A DNA stretch of 32,950 bases from Dimargaris cristalligena (taxonomy: Eukaryota): contig ML002415.1 of assembly GCA_003614675.1 (NCBI GenBank), forward strand, positions 1-32,950, read 5' to 3'. This document shows positions 21,101-32,950 of the stretch, one piece after another. Every line of letters begins with the position of its first letter. The first letter of the stretch is position 1. The position numbers and the translations under genes were made by a program. A model generated the notes under the pieces. The model did not search any database. It was not told the DNA's origin and saw nothing but the letters and a program-made list of their open reading frames with translations.

Positions 21101-24100
21101 TACCGCCGCATTCCGATACTTAAACCTACGCCATTTAACATGTGGTCAAAATCTTCCAATCTTTAGGCGAGCCCATGATGTACAATTGGTTCAGAGTTAA
21201 GCAATGGCCATGTCCAATATTTACGGTTAAATAACCGGGAAGTGGGTTTGGGGATTTCCCTAAACATTACTATGCTTTCATCGCAGCCCAACCGGATTTA
21301 CGAATGATGTAATAACAATACCGGATGGAGAGGCCATACTGGTGAGTTTTGTAGGGCTGTTATGCCACCCTGGAAAGCAGACAACCGACAAACACCGACC
21401 ACCACTACCCCTTTAAAATAAATATGAGTGCATAATCGGAAATAAACAAGGTCTGCCCATCGTCCGTTCGTCGGAACCCCTGTAAGTGCTCGGCTTTGAA
21501 AGACGATAAGACAAGGAAGGTCCGTATCAAATACATGGATAATGGGTCTGGGTGAAGTCTCCCATGTTTCACCATTTCCATCATCCAGATGAGGTTTCCT
21601 TAAATGTATCCTATCGGGTCAAAAAGAGGCCTGGGCCACTAGATTCCATAGCACTAGGTTGAACCCATTTCTATTAAAGACGGAGAGCGCAAGAAGTGGC
21701 TGCTTCATCTTTCGATGAAGACCCGGTCCGTGGATAAAGCCACTCAACCAATCCAGCCCCAAAACAATAACCCCGCCATACCAAACTGAGACGTAGCACC
21801 TAGCGCACAAGGGTCGATAATAAGTCCAATAGTCCAGCATAAGTCAGACGAAAAGGCCGAACGAAGGGGACGAGGGAAAGGTGGGGGGGCTAGATAAAAA
21901 TCTGGGCAGTTATTACTTGCTACTGCTGCTGCTTACCCCTGGCTTGCATGGGCCCAGCCTATTTACTCGCTTAAATAGGCACAACTGCAGCACTGTAATG
22001 GCCCGATATTCCCATTTAAGGATTCCATTTAGGTGCCCCAAGGTGAGGGATAGCGGCTCTAACATATGGTGAATAAAATAGGGTATATTCAATTAATAAT
22101 AACTCATTTGGTAGAGGGTTGTTGAAGTTCATCGAGGGGCCAGAGTTCGGGACAAGCCGACCACTCAGAGCGAACCCCGTTATCCAGGGGTGCATAAGAA
22201 TAGGAGAGAGAGAAAAGTGGCAGTCTAGAGACAAATTCATTAAGCCTATTCTTTGGAGATAAATAGATTTCTAATTATTACGAAGCAAGCGAGGTGCCAT
22301 TTACCGAATGCGGTAGCTAGTTCCAGTATGTAGTAGATTGGCAATAAAATTTAGAAAAAGGCCGTACTAAGGGAAAGTAAGGGCTGGGTGCTGGACTAAT
22401 ATGAATCCCTGGGCTTTACCTTTTTTGGGTATACTAAGCCCTCCATTATCCCAACGTGTCTGTCGAGAATAACCCGTCAGTAAAAAAAATGGTGGACAGT
22501 GAGAAGCGCCTATTCTGCTGAAGCAGTCTATTTTGAGTATAGGGGGGAAGTGGGGGAAGCGTAAAATTAGAGGAAAGCAGAGGGTCAGCTGACTCCCTCT
22601 GTTGGAACACAATACCGGCCTGTGTAATTATTGCCGTCTCTCTCGCTCCCTCTTTCCCCTTCGTACGCACCCCCAGAAAAATAACCACCATTTACCTACT
22701 TATCTATCATATCCCCCCAATTTATCGAGTCTGGTGTTGGTTCTTCCTCCAGCCCCATTCCCCTCCCCCTTCATCGTACCATCTTGTCCCCCCTCCCTCC
22801 ATTCCCCTTCCAAATATCTGACCCACTCTTCTGCACCACAGTGCCACCTCGGCTATTAATAGAAACCTAGCCAGAGCGAGCACTACGACTGATGGACGAT
22901 GGGTCAGCTGCTCCCCACTCTCAGTGACTATACAAAAATGCACCCTTCACATAACAATCGGGCAAACTCATCAACTATCCTGAGGATCCCCCCTTTTCCG
23001 AACTATTCACTGGGCATAACCCCCCCCCCGTTTCCCCTCTTCGCTAACAGTCTATTTAAACAATAGCATTGCACTCGACCCACCAGTCCGGCTAATCCGA
23101 AAACCGACATTAGAAGATAGAACCAGCGCGCACGGAGTGGACCATGGACCACCTATTGAACTATTTATAAATATACAGATTACAAAATATACAAACTCCC
23201 CTAATGAAATATAATATAATGGTAGGAGGAAGATCGAGTAGGCAGCAGTTACACGAAGGGTGTGCAACCCCGCCGGGTTGAACGGGTGTTAGGGGTCCTT
23301 ACATCCATAAAAATACCGGAGTAGGAGTGGTAATCAAACTCTCCATTGAACTCAAAGGGGTCCCAATAAGCCCAGCCATACCACTCTCGACTGGTGAAAG
23401 GTGAGTAGAATGGGAGGAGAAGTGGGGGGGGGGGTTGGGTGGAGATTGATAGTCCGAAAATAGCAATCATGGCCATCCCACCCCTCTTTTCCAGCATAAG
23501 CGTAACAATTTAGTCGAACCCGTTGCCGATTTCATTTTATTTTAGGGAACCCTTGGTATTGACATTGGCATTGGGGCGCCGCGGCCAAGCACTACCCCAG
23601 CTGTCACTAATGGTTGATTATAGTCGGGTATATAGTTCAAGGATGTTCGTCGATTTAAGAACCAGCCGAACCTAGGGATTTGCGACGACTGTTGAAATTC
23701 TGAGTTTATTTTTGACAGGTGCCCGATATAAAAAGTGATGTTTGGAATTTGAATAGGGAGGGGACAGCATCGGTCACATCGTAAAAAAGCATATACATTG
23801 CAGAAATCCTAAAATAGAACCATATCAATTATCCCGGTCCCCACCTGAAAAAAACCAGGGAGTAGGAAAAACGGATGAAGGGGGTGCCGAGGGTGAGGGG
23901 ATGGGGATACTGGGTGGGTATCATCGAGAAGTAGGCTTTGAGATATGTACACTAAAGATATAGAATGGAATAGAGACCAGTTCATTATAAAGGGGGCTCG
24001 GACTAATAAGACAGTATCAACCCGAGCCTGCCCGTCTTTATTTGGATATATCGCAACGGTTCGGGTCCAACGATACAATGCTGCCACCAGTATATTAGGT

Positions 24101-26503
24101 AACCAGGGCCCGGCTGTTTTTTTAGCTCGGGGTTTATGAGGCAGAAATCGGGGTAGTCTGGGGCACCGGTCCCATTCCTTTTCCACTCACCCGCCTTGAA
24201 GGTCCACAGAAACGAGGGTTGGTTCAAAATGGGGTGGGATAGTCAGATAACTCCGTGCATATCAGGAAAGACTGGTGGGTCGGATTTAGGAATGACTAAA
24301 GCAAGGCGATCCTGGCATATACATCTTATTAAATCATCTTTAATGAGTTGAGAAGTATGTACCAAACTCAGTAACCACCCCTCCCCACAGGGGATCGATT
24401 GGCTGATAAATAAGGTATTTATGCTAATAAAAACTATGTATACGAATTTAAATATCCCGGGCTATTGTTAAAACAATGTCTATAGTCCAGGGCCTGCGAT
24501 GGCGGTCGGGGTGGCACTTTAATTCCGAAATTGGGTCAGCAGGAACCGATTTAGGATCAATCGCCAGATCCTGCCCTTTAGGACTCTCGAGGTTAGGTAT
24601 TCCGAAAGGACTGCTGGCGAATCTAACCCGCAAATCCATCACCCGTTCTCTTTTACCATCACCGCCACCACCACCGACACCACTACCACCCTCCCCCTAC
24701 ATACATACATTCCCCTCTTCACCTACTTCATTTGGATTCATTCTCCGTATCCACATCTTCTCGGTAAATTCGCCTAAATTAAATGAGGCACAGTCCCGCC
24801 AATAGCAGACCAGGATTTCGTTAAATCGAGTTTATATCACTGCGTAAGTCGACTAGTACCGCCGTTCCATCTCTAATTAATTAAAAGGATTTATAGAAAA
24901 ATTGATACGGGAGTGGTGGTGGACCTTGGGGTTAATTTTTTCTTCGGACTGATCAATTATTGGCGTTTCGGAATAAGTTCCTGTGCGTTACCCCCGCGGT
25001 CGCTAGGCCTTTAAAATTCCGACTATCATTGACACCCCCCCCCTCCCCGGTCGAGTCTGCTAGTGAAAAATGGAACTTGCTATTTGTACGACTCGTTTTA
25101 CTCTCCTCTCAATTGCAATCCTCTCACTGGATTTTATTCACAATTCCCCGATCATCGGTTAGTATTTTTTTGAACCCTGGCGACTCACAATTCACGAAGG
25201 GGTGGGAGGAGGGGAACCAATCGATGAGGACTTCTGTCTGCCTATAAAACAGTAGTAAGCCTAGATAAAAATGTGCGAACGAGAAAGTCTCCCAGTGCAG
25301 TTGTGCGGAAAAATGCTACGACTGGCAAGATTATCGAAATATTGACGGACCTTCCCCCCTCTCTTTGTTGACGCTAGGATGTCGCGTCCGTCTTATCCCC
25401 TCTTAAAGTAATACTAGCCGATGAATGGAATGTTTCCGTGCATTCGGCCACCCTATCACCTACCCCTCCCTCCTCGTTCATGCCTTCACTTCAACCCTAG
25501 ACATGTCTCAATAACAAAGGCCGATTTGCAACAATTGGGCGTATCATAATCATCGTGTATATCCCCAGTGACCGGTGTAGTCTTCTCATCTTCGCCATCT
25601 TAAGCGTACCCCGAATCTCTCCCTACCTTCTCTTCTAACCCCCCTGTTGTCTATAGAGAGGAATGCGGTCTTTTCCCCCTCATTAGGCGTGGGTTATACT
25701 ATACGCCATATATAGGTCAATTTCGGCAACTGTCGAACAAAGAAGACGCGACGGCGTGGACCTCCGTGTTGGACTTACCGTATCCGATCGCGTCCGTCTG
25801 TTATGTGAAGGACCAGGTCATGAACAATGGCCATGAGCAGTGCAGTACGCGGCCAATCTCAAATTTGGTGGTTATTAACGATATTTCGCGTCTCCTTAGG
25901 CATACCAAGGGCTGGGGGTTTTTTTTGGGGGGGGGATTAGTTGGTTCTAAGCCAATGCTTTTCGAGGGAAATTTTGCTAGATGTAGAGCGTCATCCGTCG
26001 GAGTGAGTGCGTCGAGGCGGGTATTTTGAACCCTGGGCGATTAAACATGGTCGAAGAGCCAGGGGAATTCCAGCTCTCTCCCCCCCGCCCTCCCTCATGT
26101 TCAATTCCCTTCTGCTCTGCCCCTTAGGCGCGACCCACTGTGCAGCCCGCAGCAGTGACGATATTTCACAGCCACCCCAAAAAGTTAAGAATGAGTAATA
26201 TGGCTAGAGCCGGGAAAATTACAAAAATCGGGCTGAGGCCACTTAGCTGGTCAAGGGGACCGATTACGAGATTAAGATGTCGAGCCCTCCGCCACTCCTT
26301 CCCCTTACACAACCTTCCATTTCGGTTCAGTTCTCTCCCTGCAATGAGTTCAGTCTTCGATAGATGCCATGTTGGATAAATGGGAGCCAGGGGAAAAAGC
26401 TGGAGTGGATGGTGGTAAAACGGAGCAGTATGGGATTGAGGCACATGTGGCTCTCACTCGATATCTAGCAGTGTTAAGCCGGTAAGAAATGGGCAGTAGC
26501 CAC

Positions 26504-26506
<3 letters not shown>

Positions 26507-26546
<40 letters not shown>
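26507..26546. repeat. (AT)20 microsatellite
   Basis: Directly visible. Confidence 0.95.
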
Positions 26547-26549
<3 letters not shown>

Positions 26550-27574
26550 GAGAGAGGATAAAAGGGGAGTCAGGGCAAGTGAGGGAGCGGTACAGTGTAG
26601 GAGAGATTTGTTGAGCAGGACGGGGGAGGGGGGGGGGTGCACTGTTGGGTTAACATTCCAGTGGCTCTTGCTGCTGCTACCGGCTTGAATTTAAATAACA
26701 CGGCCCTTTTATTCACAGTCAAGCTGCGAGGGTTAAGGAGGTTGCGATGGGAAAGCTCAGGGTTAAAGGTCGTCAAGCAGACATTATAACCACCATTCCT
26801 CAATACCGTTCGGTACTAATATGTTTCGGCTTGCGTAAACCTGGAGCGGAAGTCCCCCCTACAGCCTAACAATTGCCTAAGCAAAGTAATTGGGCCTGGA
26901 GTAGAGGAAGGGAGGAGGGTTAGAAACCCAGCAGACGGCCTAGGACAGGTGGAGAAAACGGCAATCCTGGTGGTGTTGGCCAATGGGCAACCCTCTCCAA
27001 TCCCAACCGAGGCCACTTTCTGGGGACAGTAAAGGGGTGGGAGATGTGAGTGGTTGAGCCTGCTGTTTGGTCGGAAGACGAAAACGGCCATAAAACAGTA
27101 AAATTAGCGCTGGTTATAGAATACCAGAAAGGGCAATGGATAGAAGAGAAGAAGGGGGGGAGTCCACCCTGGCTGGTGATGGGGTTGATCCTCCTCCTCT
27201 CGTCTATAGTCGTCCCATATACAACAACGCTTGCGGAGCGCCGAGGGTGAAGACCAAACAGCCAGCCAGACGACGATCGCCACCACCTTCCATAAATACT
27301 AATGACCTGGCGGAGATTAATCACAAAACCCCAAACAACACGGGAAATCAAGACATATCCCATCGCGGGAGTAGTTTTTGTTTCCGGGGTGGATATGGGA
27401 GAGAAGAGGGGGTGGCACGCTAATTGCGGCACAAGGGGTGCACGGTATTACACCACACAGGAGTTTAAAATAGATGCGGCCCAACCACCCCGTTTTAGAT
27501 GCACCCCCCCTTCTCTCCTCCCCATCGCCCCTATATATCATTAGAGGATCATGAATTCCGCCCCGCCTGGGCTC

Positions 27575-27784
27575 GAGTATATAAGATCCACCCACTTCCC
27601 TCTCCCAAAGTACCTTGTCTTCATCCCCACTCTCTTCTCCTGCACCCGTCTGGCCCGTGTGTGTATATGCCCTCTCTCCCTCTTTAGTAATCCCCTTCCT
27701 CACTCACTCACTCTCCTTACTTTCGTATTCTAGTCCTTCCGATAACTCGGCTACCCTTACTTCTCCTAACACTCACACTTGACC
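27575..27784 (+). promoter_or_regulatory. TATA-like element and CT-rich core promoter/5' UTR of the MAPK phosphatase
   Basis: TATATAAG at about 27578 followed by ~190 bp of pyrimidine-rich sequence up to the ATG. Confidence 0.45.
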
Positions 27785-28783
27785 ATGCTGGTGCGCAACC
27801 CCCCGTCATTCTCCCCTCTGGCTTCTTCTGCTTTCCCTCTTAAACCCAAGTTTTCCGCCGAAAGCCTGACCAAGACGCGGTCCTCTCCCATGATGGGCAC
27901 TTCTTCGGTGGACCACCACCATTCCCTGCGCCGCAAGCGCAACGCCAAAAACCTGGCTCTCCATTTGGAAACCCCGACTCTGACCCTGCTCCGCCAGGAA
28001 ATGCCAACCCACAACAGTGCCCCTGTCACTCCTATTTCCGCCGATACCGGTAAGATTGGCTACACGGAGTCCACCTACAAGGACGAACCCGTTCAGATTC
28101 TGGACGGCCTGTTCCTGGGTGACGAACACAACGCCGCCAACGTGGCCGTGCTGGACCGCCTCGGTATCACTTTTATTCTAAACGTGGCCCGGGAGGTTGA
28201 GAACCCCTTCCGTGCTCGTGCCGCTAGTGTGGCCAGTGGACTGTCGGCCAAGGTCACCGCTCTCCAACAACAACAACAACACCAGGCCAAGCGCCCCCTG
28301 CGTGCCGCGTCCTTCGACTCCACGGCCGAGCTTAATACCGCCCCTCATATCACCTACCAGAAGTTCCCCTGGACCCACGACCAGGACGACCTGAGCGACT
28401 ACTTCGAACGGGCCTTTACCTACATTGACCAGGCTCGCGCCTCGGGGGCCTCGGTGTTGGTGCACTGCCAGCTGGGCGTGTCCCGGTCCGCCAGCCTCGT
28501 CATCGCCTACGTGATGCGCACCCTCCGCCTCCGCTTCCAGGAAGCGTACCAACACGTCCAGGGCAAGTCTCCCAATGTCTGCCCCAACCTTTCGCTAACC
28601 TACCAGCTGCTGGACTTGGAGAAGACTCTGCACCTCGAATCCGCCACCGCTGCTTCCACTTACCGGCCCCTTTCGCCTAGTTTGAGTACGGACAGCGCCT
28701 CCGACTCGTGTCTATCGGACTCTACCGCCGCGTCAAGCTCCGCTTCGTCGCCAGTGACCGCGGTCCCTTCCGATAACTTCTAA
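27785..28783 (+). CDS. Dual-specificity MAP kinase phosphatase (Msg5/Pmp1-like), 332 aa, intronless
   Basis: Catalytic VLVHCQLGVSRSASLVIAY (HCX5R); PVQILDGLFLG, FILNVAREV, FPWTHD and CPNLSLTYQL DSP motifs; N-terminal MAPK docking-like RRKRNAKNLALHL. First ATG (accATG) is at 27785. Confidence 0.95.
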   Translation: MLVRNPPSFSPLASSAFPLKPKFSAESLTKTRSSPMMGTSSVDHHHSLRRKRNAKNLALHLETPTLTLLRQEMPTHNSAPVTPISADTGKIGYTESTYKDEPVQILDGLFLGDEHNAANVAVLDRLGITFILNVAREVENPFRARAASVASGLSAKVTALQQQQQHQAKRPLRAASFDSTAELNTAPHITYQKFPWTHDQDDLSDYFERAFTYIDQARASGASVLVHCQLGVSRSASLVIAYVMRTLRLRFQEAYQHVQGKSPNVCPNLSLTYQLLDLEKTLHLESATAASTYRPLSPSLSTDSASDSCLSDSTAASSSASSPVTAVPSDNF

Positions 28784-31727
28784 TTTACCCTTCCTCTCTC
28801 GCCATAAACTGCATACTAGCGTCTCTTTATCATCTCTATTACTTCGCACCTTCCCCCCATATCTTCCACTTCGCCTTCTTCCCCATTACCACCGACTCTC
28901 CTGCCCTTCCACACCCGCGTATCTCCGCCTGTCGTCAAATCTGACGCGTTTGGGTGTGTTCTTGTATATTACTACCCTGCGTATGCTCATCTGGTCCCAA
29001 CATCCCCGTTTGTATCATTGTTTTATTTTTTTTACCCCTTGTTTCAGGGCTTTCTCTGCCAAAGAGTCTGCGCCCCGGGCCGCCTCCTTTAGTAATACAT
29101 TGCTATACTCCTCATCTCCTACCAGTTTTTAGTAAGGGACTCTCAGCTGCCCAATCCACTGGTTCTCAAATCCTTTACCCACCGGCTCATGTGTCCAATT
29201 TCCGGTCTTTTTTCTAAAAAATCTTTATTTACCGCGGGTTTTTGGAGGGGTGTGTCTCTCCCCTTAGGATACGATCCCCCCCGCCCATGTCCTTCCCCAA
29301 ACTGGTTTTGGTGGATCACCCGCTTACCGTTCACGTACTTACTTGCTGACTATGTCCTTTGGGCACTCCCGACCATATATTCCCCTTTTACGATGGTAAA
29401 TTTTCCACCCCATGCGACAGCCACAACCGGCAGTGTGTGGTCGCGCCAATCCTACTATTCACTCGAACTTGTTACATATTCACTCTGCTGTCGGATTGCT
29501 ATCATTTTCCGTTGAACCAATAAATGTCCCTACCGTTTTTACCCCGCTTAATACATTGTAACTTAAGTATACCTTGAATTGGATAAATTGATTACCCGAA
29601 CGACCCCTCCACGCGTCGGTATGGTATAATCGGGTTCCCAGCTAGTAGTGTCTTTATTCCGGGACCAATGAACTGTGGTACCCGTCGGGTCTACTGACTC
29701 GGCTATTTATGTCCATATAGAGTGTACCCCACCCCCCCCCCCCGCGTTGCTTTTTTGGGGGAATAACAAGGGGTGTTTTGTGTCCCAGCGAACGTAGCTT
29801 CTATTGTGGCAGTGGTTGTCTAGAGATTATTTCATCTATTCGCATCGATTGACTTCATATTAGAGTTTGTTAGTAAGCCGGTCGCCCTAATAGGAAGGTT
29901 ATAGCCCGAAATATCTGGACATTTTTGCTACCTTATTCGTTGTGGGCAATGTACTAAGTAGCTCTAGAGCATTCGATTTTGATTTAGCCCCTCCTTATAC
30001 ATTCCTTTATCTATGAGCGCCAATGTCACCCTTTTTTCACATAGTAGATGAGGTTGATACAGAACGATGGACACACAAATAACAGCAGCCATACTGGCGA
30101 ATCTGATGATAAATTGAGGCCAATTGCGAAAGGAAGATCAAGCCCACCTAGCCCCATAACAACAGGGCTGCTAAAACGGAAGCCTGCAGTGTTAGCTAAC
30201 TTGGCCACAATATTGTAGGCCACACAGCATCTAATATTTAATGGAGAGGCATTACTAGTAGGTGATTCTGATACGGACAGTGGTGATACTAAAGAAGACG
30301 ATTAGGACAAGGGTAGGAGGGGATTTGTTTGAAGCAAACCAACGTACCGCGGTCAATATTTTCATAATAGCCATCATAACAATACCAGGCTAATGGTTGT
30401 GCAACTGATGGTGAAATGGCCCTACCCAGCCCTCATAAATGGTATCGTAGTTGAAGATCAGTGTTAAGTACATTGGCCCAGCGTTGACTATTTAGCAAGG
30501 CTGGGGAGGGGGAGGACTGTACCTCGACTGGCTAATTCTGATTGGATTAGCCGGAAACTCCCCAACCTATTTTAGAAAGATAAGCGAAGGGGTGTATGTG
30601 TATGTATATGGTGTTATTTCATATATATTATGGTTGGAGTTTTTTAGGGGGTGTCATTTAGAGTGGTATGTTAATGGCAGCACATAGCACCAGGGATTAT
30701 GGCGAGGCCAGGGCAGTGAAGGAAAGAGGGTAAAAATATATAGAATAAAAAGGATCGTACCTTGGACACGATAATCCCCGCTGGTGGTGTGGTTGATTCT
30801 TTCCCATGCCAGAGAATGGGAGAGAAGAGGAGGGATGTGCGTTAAGTCCCCCTCCCCCCCTATACGTCGACTAGGTCCGTTTCCAATAGACCTCGTTGCG
30901 ACGCTCTATGGATCACCCCGTTCTTTAATTTCTCTTTCACCCATCCCGCCCGCCTATTCGAGAATACTATTAGGCGATTTCGGGGGTCTCGGTCCACTCT
31001 GGCAGTGGCGAAAGATCAAGAAGACTTGTCTGTGCAAGGGAGGGGGGCGAGAGTAACATGGGTGTGGATGGAGCTCCAAATAATGGGAAGTTACGTTAAC
31101 CCCGGCGCTTAGACCTTTCCCCCCTCCTGCCTTTCCATAAATCGTAAGCCAGGTCCAACGGGGATATAGTCCAATATGTATAAAGAAGCCACCAAGCAGT
31201 TTTGGTTGGTTATACCTTATTTCCAAACACTCAAAATAGTCCAATACCAGGGCGCGGGGCTCTAATACTGATACTTTCCTCCTTTATTAGTACGCCAAGT
31301 CAGTCCAATCGAAACACAGTACCCAGGTGCCATACATACAATTTACCTGATCCCATTAATTGGGTCAGCTCGCGGCCACTGTATGTCCATGTCACTCCAC
31401 TCTATCGTAGTATATAACATCATAATAAACCCATACTACCCATCGTTGCTCCTATTAGCCGACGCTAATAATAGAAGTAATGTATGTTTTTTACTATTTA
31501 AATGATGGGGCTGAGTTGTGTATGTATGTGCGGAGGAAAAGGGTTGACTGTGGAATTAGCAAAACCATAGGAGAGGCTCAATCCAACTGTATATATATAA
31601 AACTCCTCGACTATTATGTAGGTATAACAGGTCATATAGAAGGATTCTGTCAATTTTCCCAAACACAAATATCTAAAGTATTATTCAGTTATGTTGCATT
31701 TATCCCATTCATGGAAAAACTGTTACG

Positions 31728-32950
31728 TAGTATTAATATCCACTGAAGTAGTAAGGCTATCCATGTCCAAAGCAAAAATAGTATTCTATAGCAGGAATTT
31801 GTGGGACTGAATGTACCAGATTTTCCAAAAGTAGTGCTAGTGCAGGGGGAAATGAACTGGACATTCTCACTGGCTCTCCTATTATGTGAGCTGAGACATC
31901 CAGTCACAGTCACCCATAGCCATTGGGTATTGGGTACAAAAGGGTAAGACAGCAAGGTGGGGGAGTTGGATAAAATGTGATACTTGAGTATACCACCAAT
32001 GCTCAATACTCAACATAAAAATGCCCCAACCATCAAGAGTAAAGGAAGGGATTGGTGGTAAAGGTCCCTTAACCCTGTACCTTTGTATTTGCCTTTGATA
32101 ATCATGCTAGCCATATGCTGGTCAAAATAATAATAATAAATCACCAGTCTGCCAATGCCACCTTGTCCAGGCATTTGGCACCTAGTCCAAAGGCAATTTC
32201 TTTATAAAAACTCTTCAATTACACAGTGAACTACCCCTCACATATATGGGATGGGTGGGGGGTTCATTGCTGGTGGGTAAAATGGGACCTCAGACTCTAC
32301 CATCACCATCACTGGGTACCACAATAGGATATGCCACTCTTTCCATTTACAAGCTCACATATTATCACCCAGGTTAACCACTCTTAGTCCAACAAGAGTC
32401 CCAAGGATAGGCTTCAAATGGTAGGTAGGGCTTAGACTCAGCCAAGTAGGCTACTAGTATGAGGATGGGTATAGTACTAACCAATAAAGGATAAGTATAG
32501 ACAAATGCAAGGGATGTGTAGAAGGTACACTTACTAGCTAATACAATGGGTGAGCATATAAGGAGTTTATTGAGGTAACTCTGGGGGTAAGAAATAAGCT
32601 AAGGAACTGAACTGGTCCCAGTGGGGCCTGGTTATTTATATGCAGGGACCACTCATAATGAGGGGCCCTTAAGAGCAATGGAATGACTAAAGAAGAGGTA
32701 AGGGTTGGGGCCTTGACTGGGGGGCTTGTGTCCAGAAGACTCTACTAAGAAAGGAGGAACATTGGATCAGCTGGTGGAGTATTGTGTGAGAAGCATTGGG
32801 GCCCAGTTATAGTGGGTGTGGTGAACTTACTACATTTTTTACTTACTTTTATTTTTAATCCATTTTTTATGCTTATCAGAAGTACATCCCTGATGAGTGA
32901 ATGAGCCCCTGCCCCTGATGAGTATAGTCATTTTTCCTCCATTTTCATTA
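31728..32950. other. CpG-free tract, probably decayed, formerly methylated repeat/heterochromatic DNA
   Basis: Line-by-line reading found no CG dinucleotide after 31726-31727, although C and G remain common and CA/TG are abundant. Confidence 0.7.

Noticed and set aside
12000-27700. Numerous 60-170 aa ORFs in the long intergenic region
   Set aside because: Composition reflects poly-C/G tracts and microsatellites; no domains, codon bias or consistent splice chains.
27395-30830. Identical 15-mer ATGGGAGAGAAGAGG at 27395 and 30816 flanking the phosphatase
   Set aside because: Low-complexity purine word; about one 15-mer match is expected by chance in 33 kb; no extended homology.
31689-32006. 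105-aa minus-strand ORF in the CpG-free tract
   Set aside because: No recognisable RT, integrase, gag or transposase motif.
32888-32923. CCCTGATGAGT twice (hammerhead CUGAUGA or snoRNA box C-like)
   Set aside because: No GAAA core, flanking helices or box D partner visible before the window ends.

Overview
Eukaryotic genomic DNA, most likely fungal (GT-AG introns of roughly 140-260 nt, CT-rich promoters, fungal-type Msg5/Pmp1 phosphatase); an early-diverging lineage is plausible but cannot be shown from sequence alone. Three + strand protein genes are supported: (1) an intronless ING-family PHD chromatin reader (797-2125); (2) a 14-exon RasGAP of about 1140 aa (5775-11926) with an apparent BAR-like/PH/PH/C2/RasGAP architecture and a reading-frame problem at the BAR-PH junction; (3) an intronless MAPK dual-specificity phosphatase (27785-28783). 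A 15.9-kb interval with no recognisable gene separates genes 2 and 3. The most notable non-coding signals are a ~145-bp bipartite repeat present three times, whose ~80-bp left module is bounded by ATATGGGA...TCCCATAT inverted repeats and is flipped in one copy, and a 1.2-kb tract at the right end with no CpG at all.
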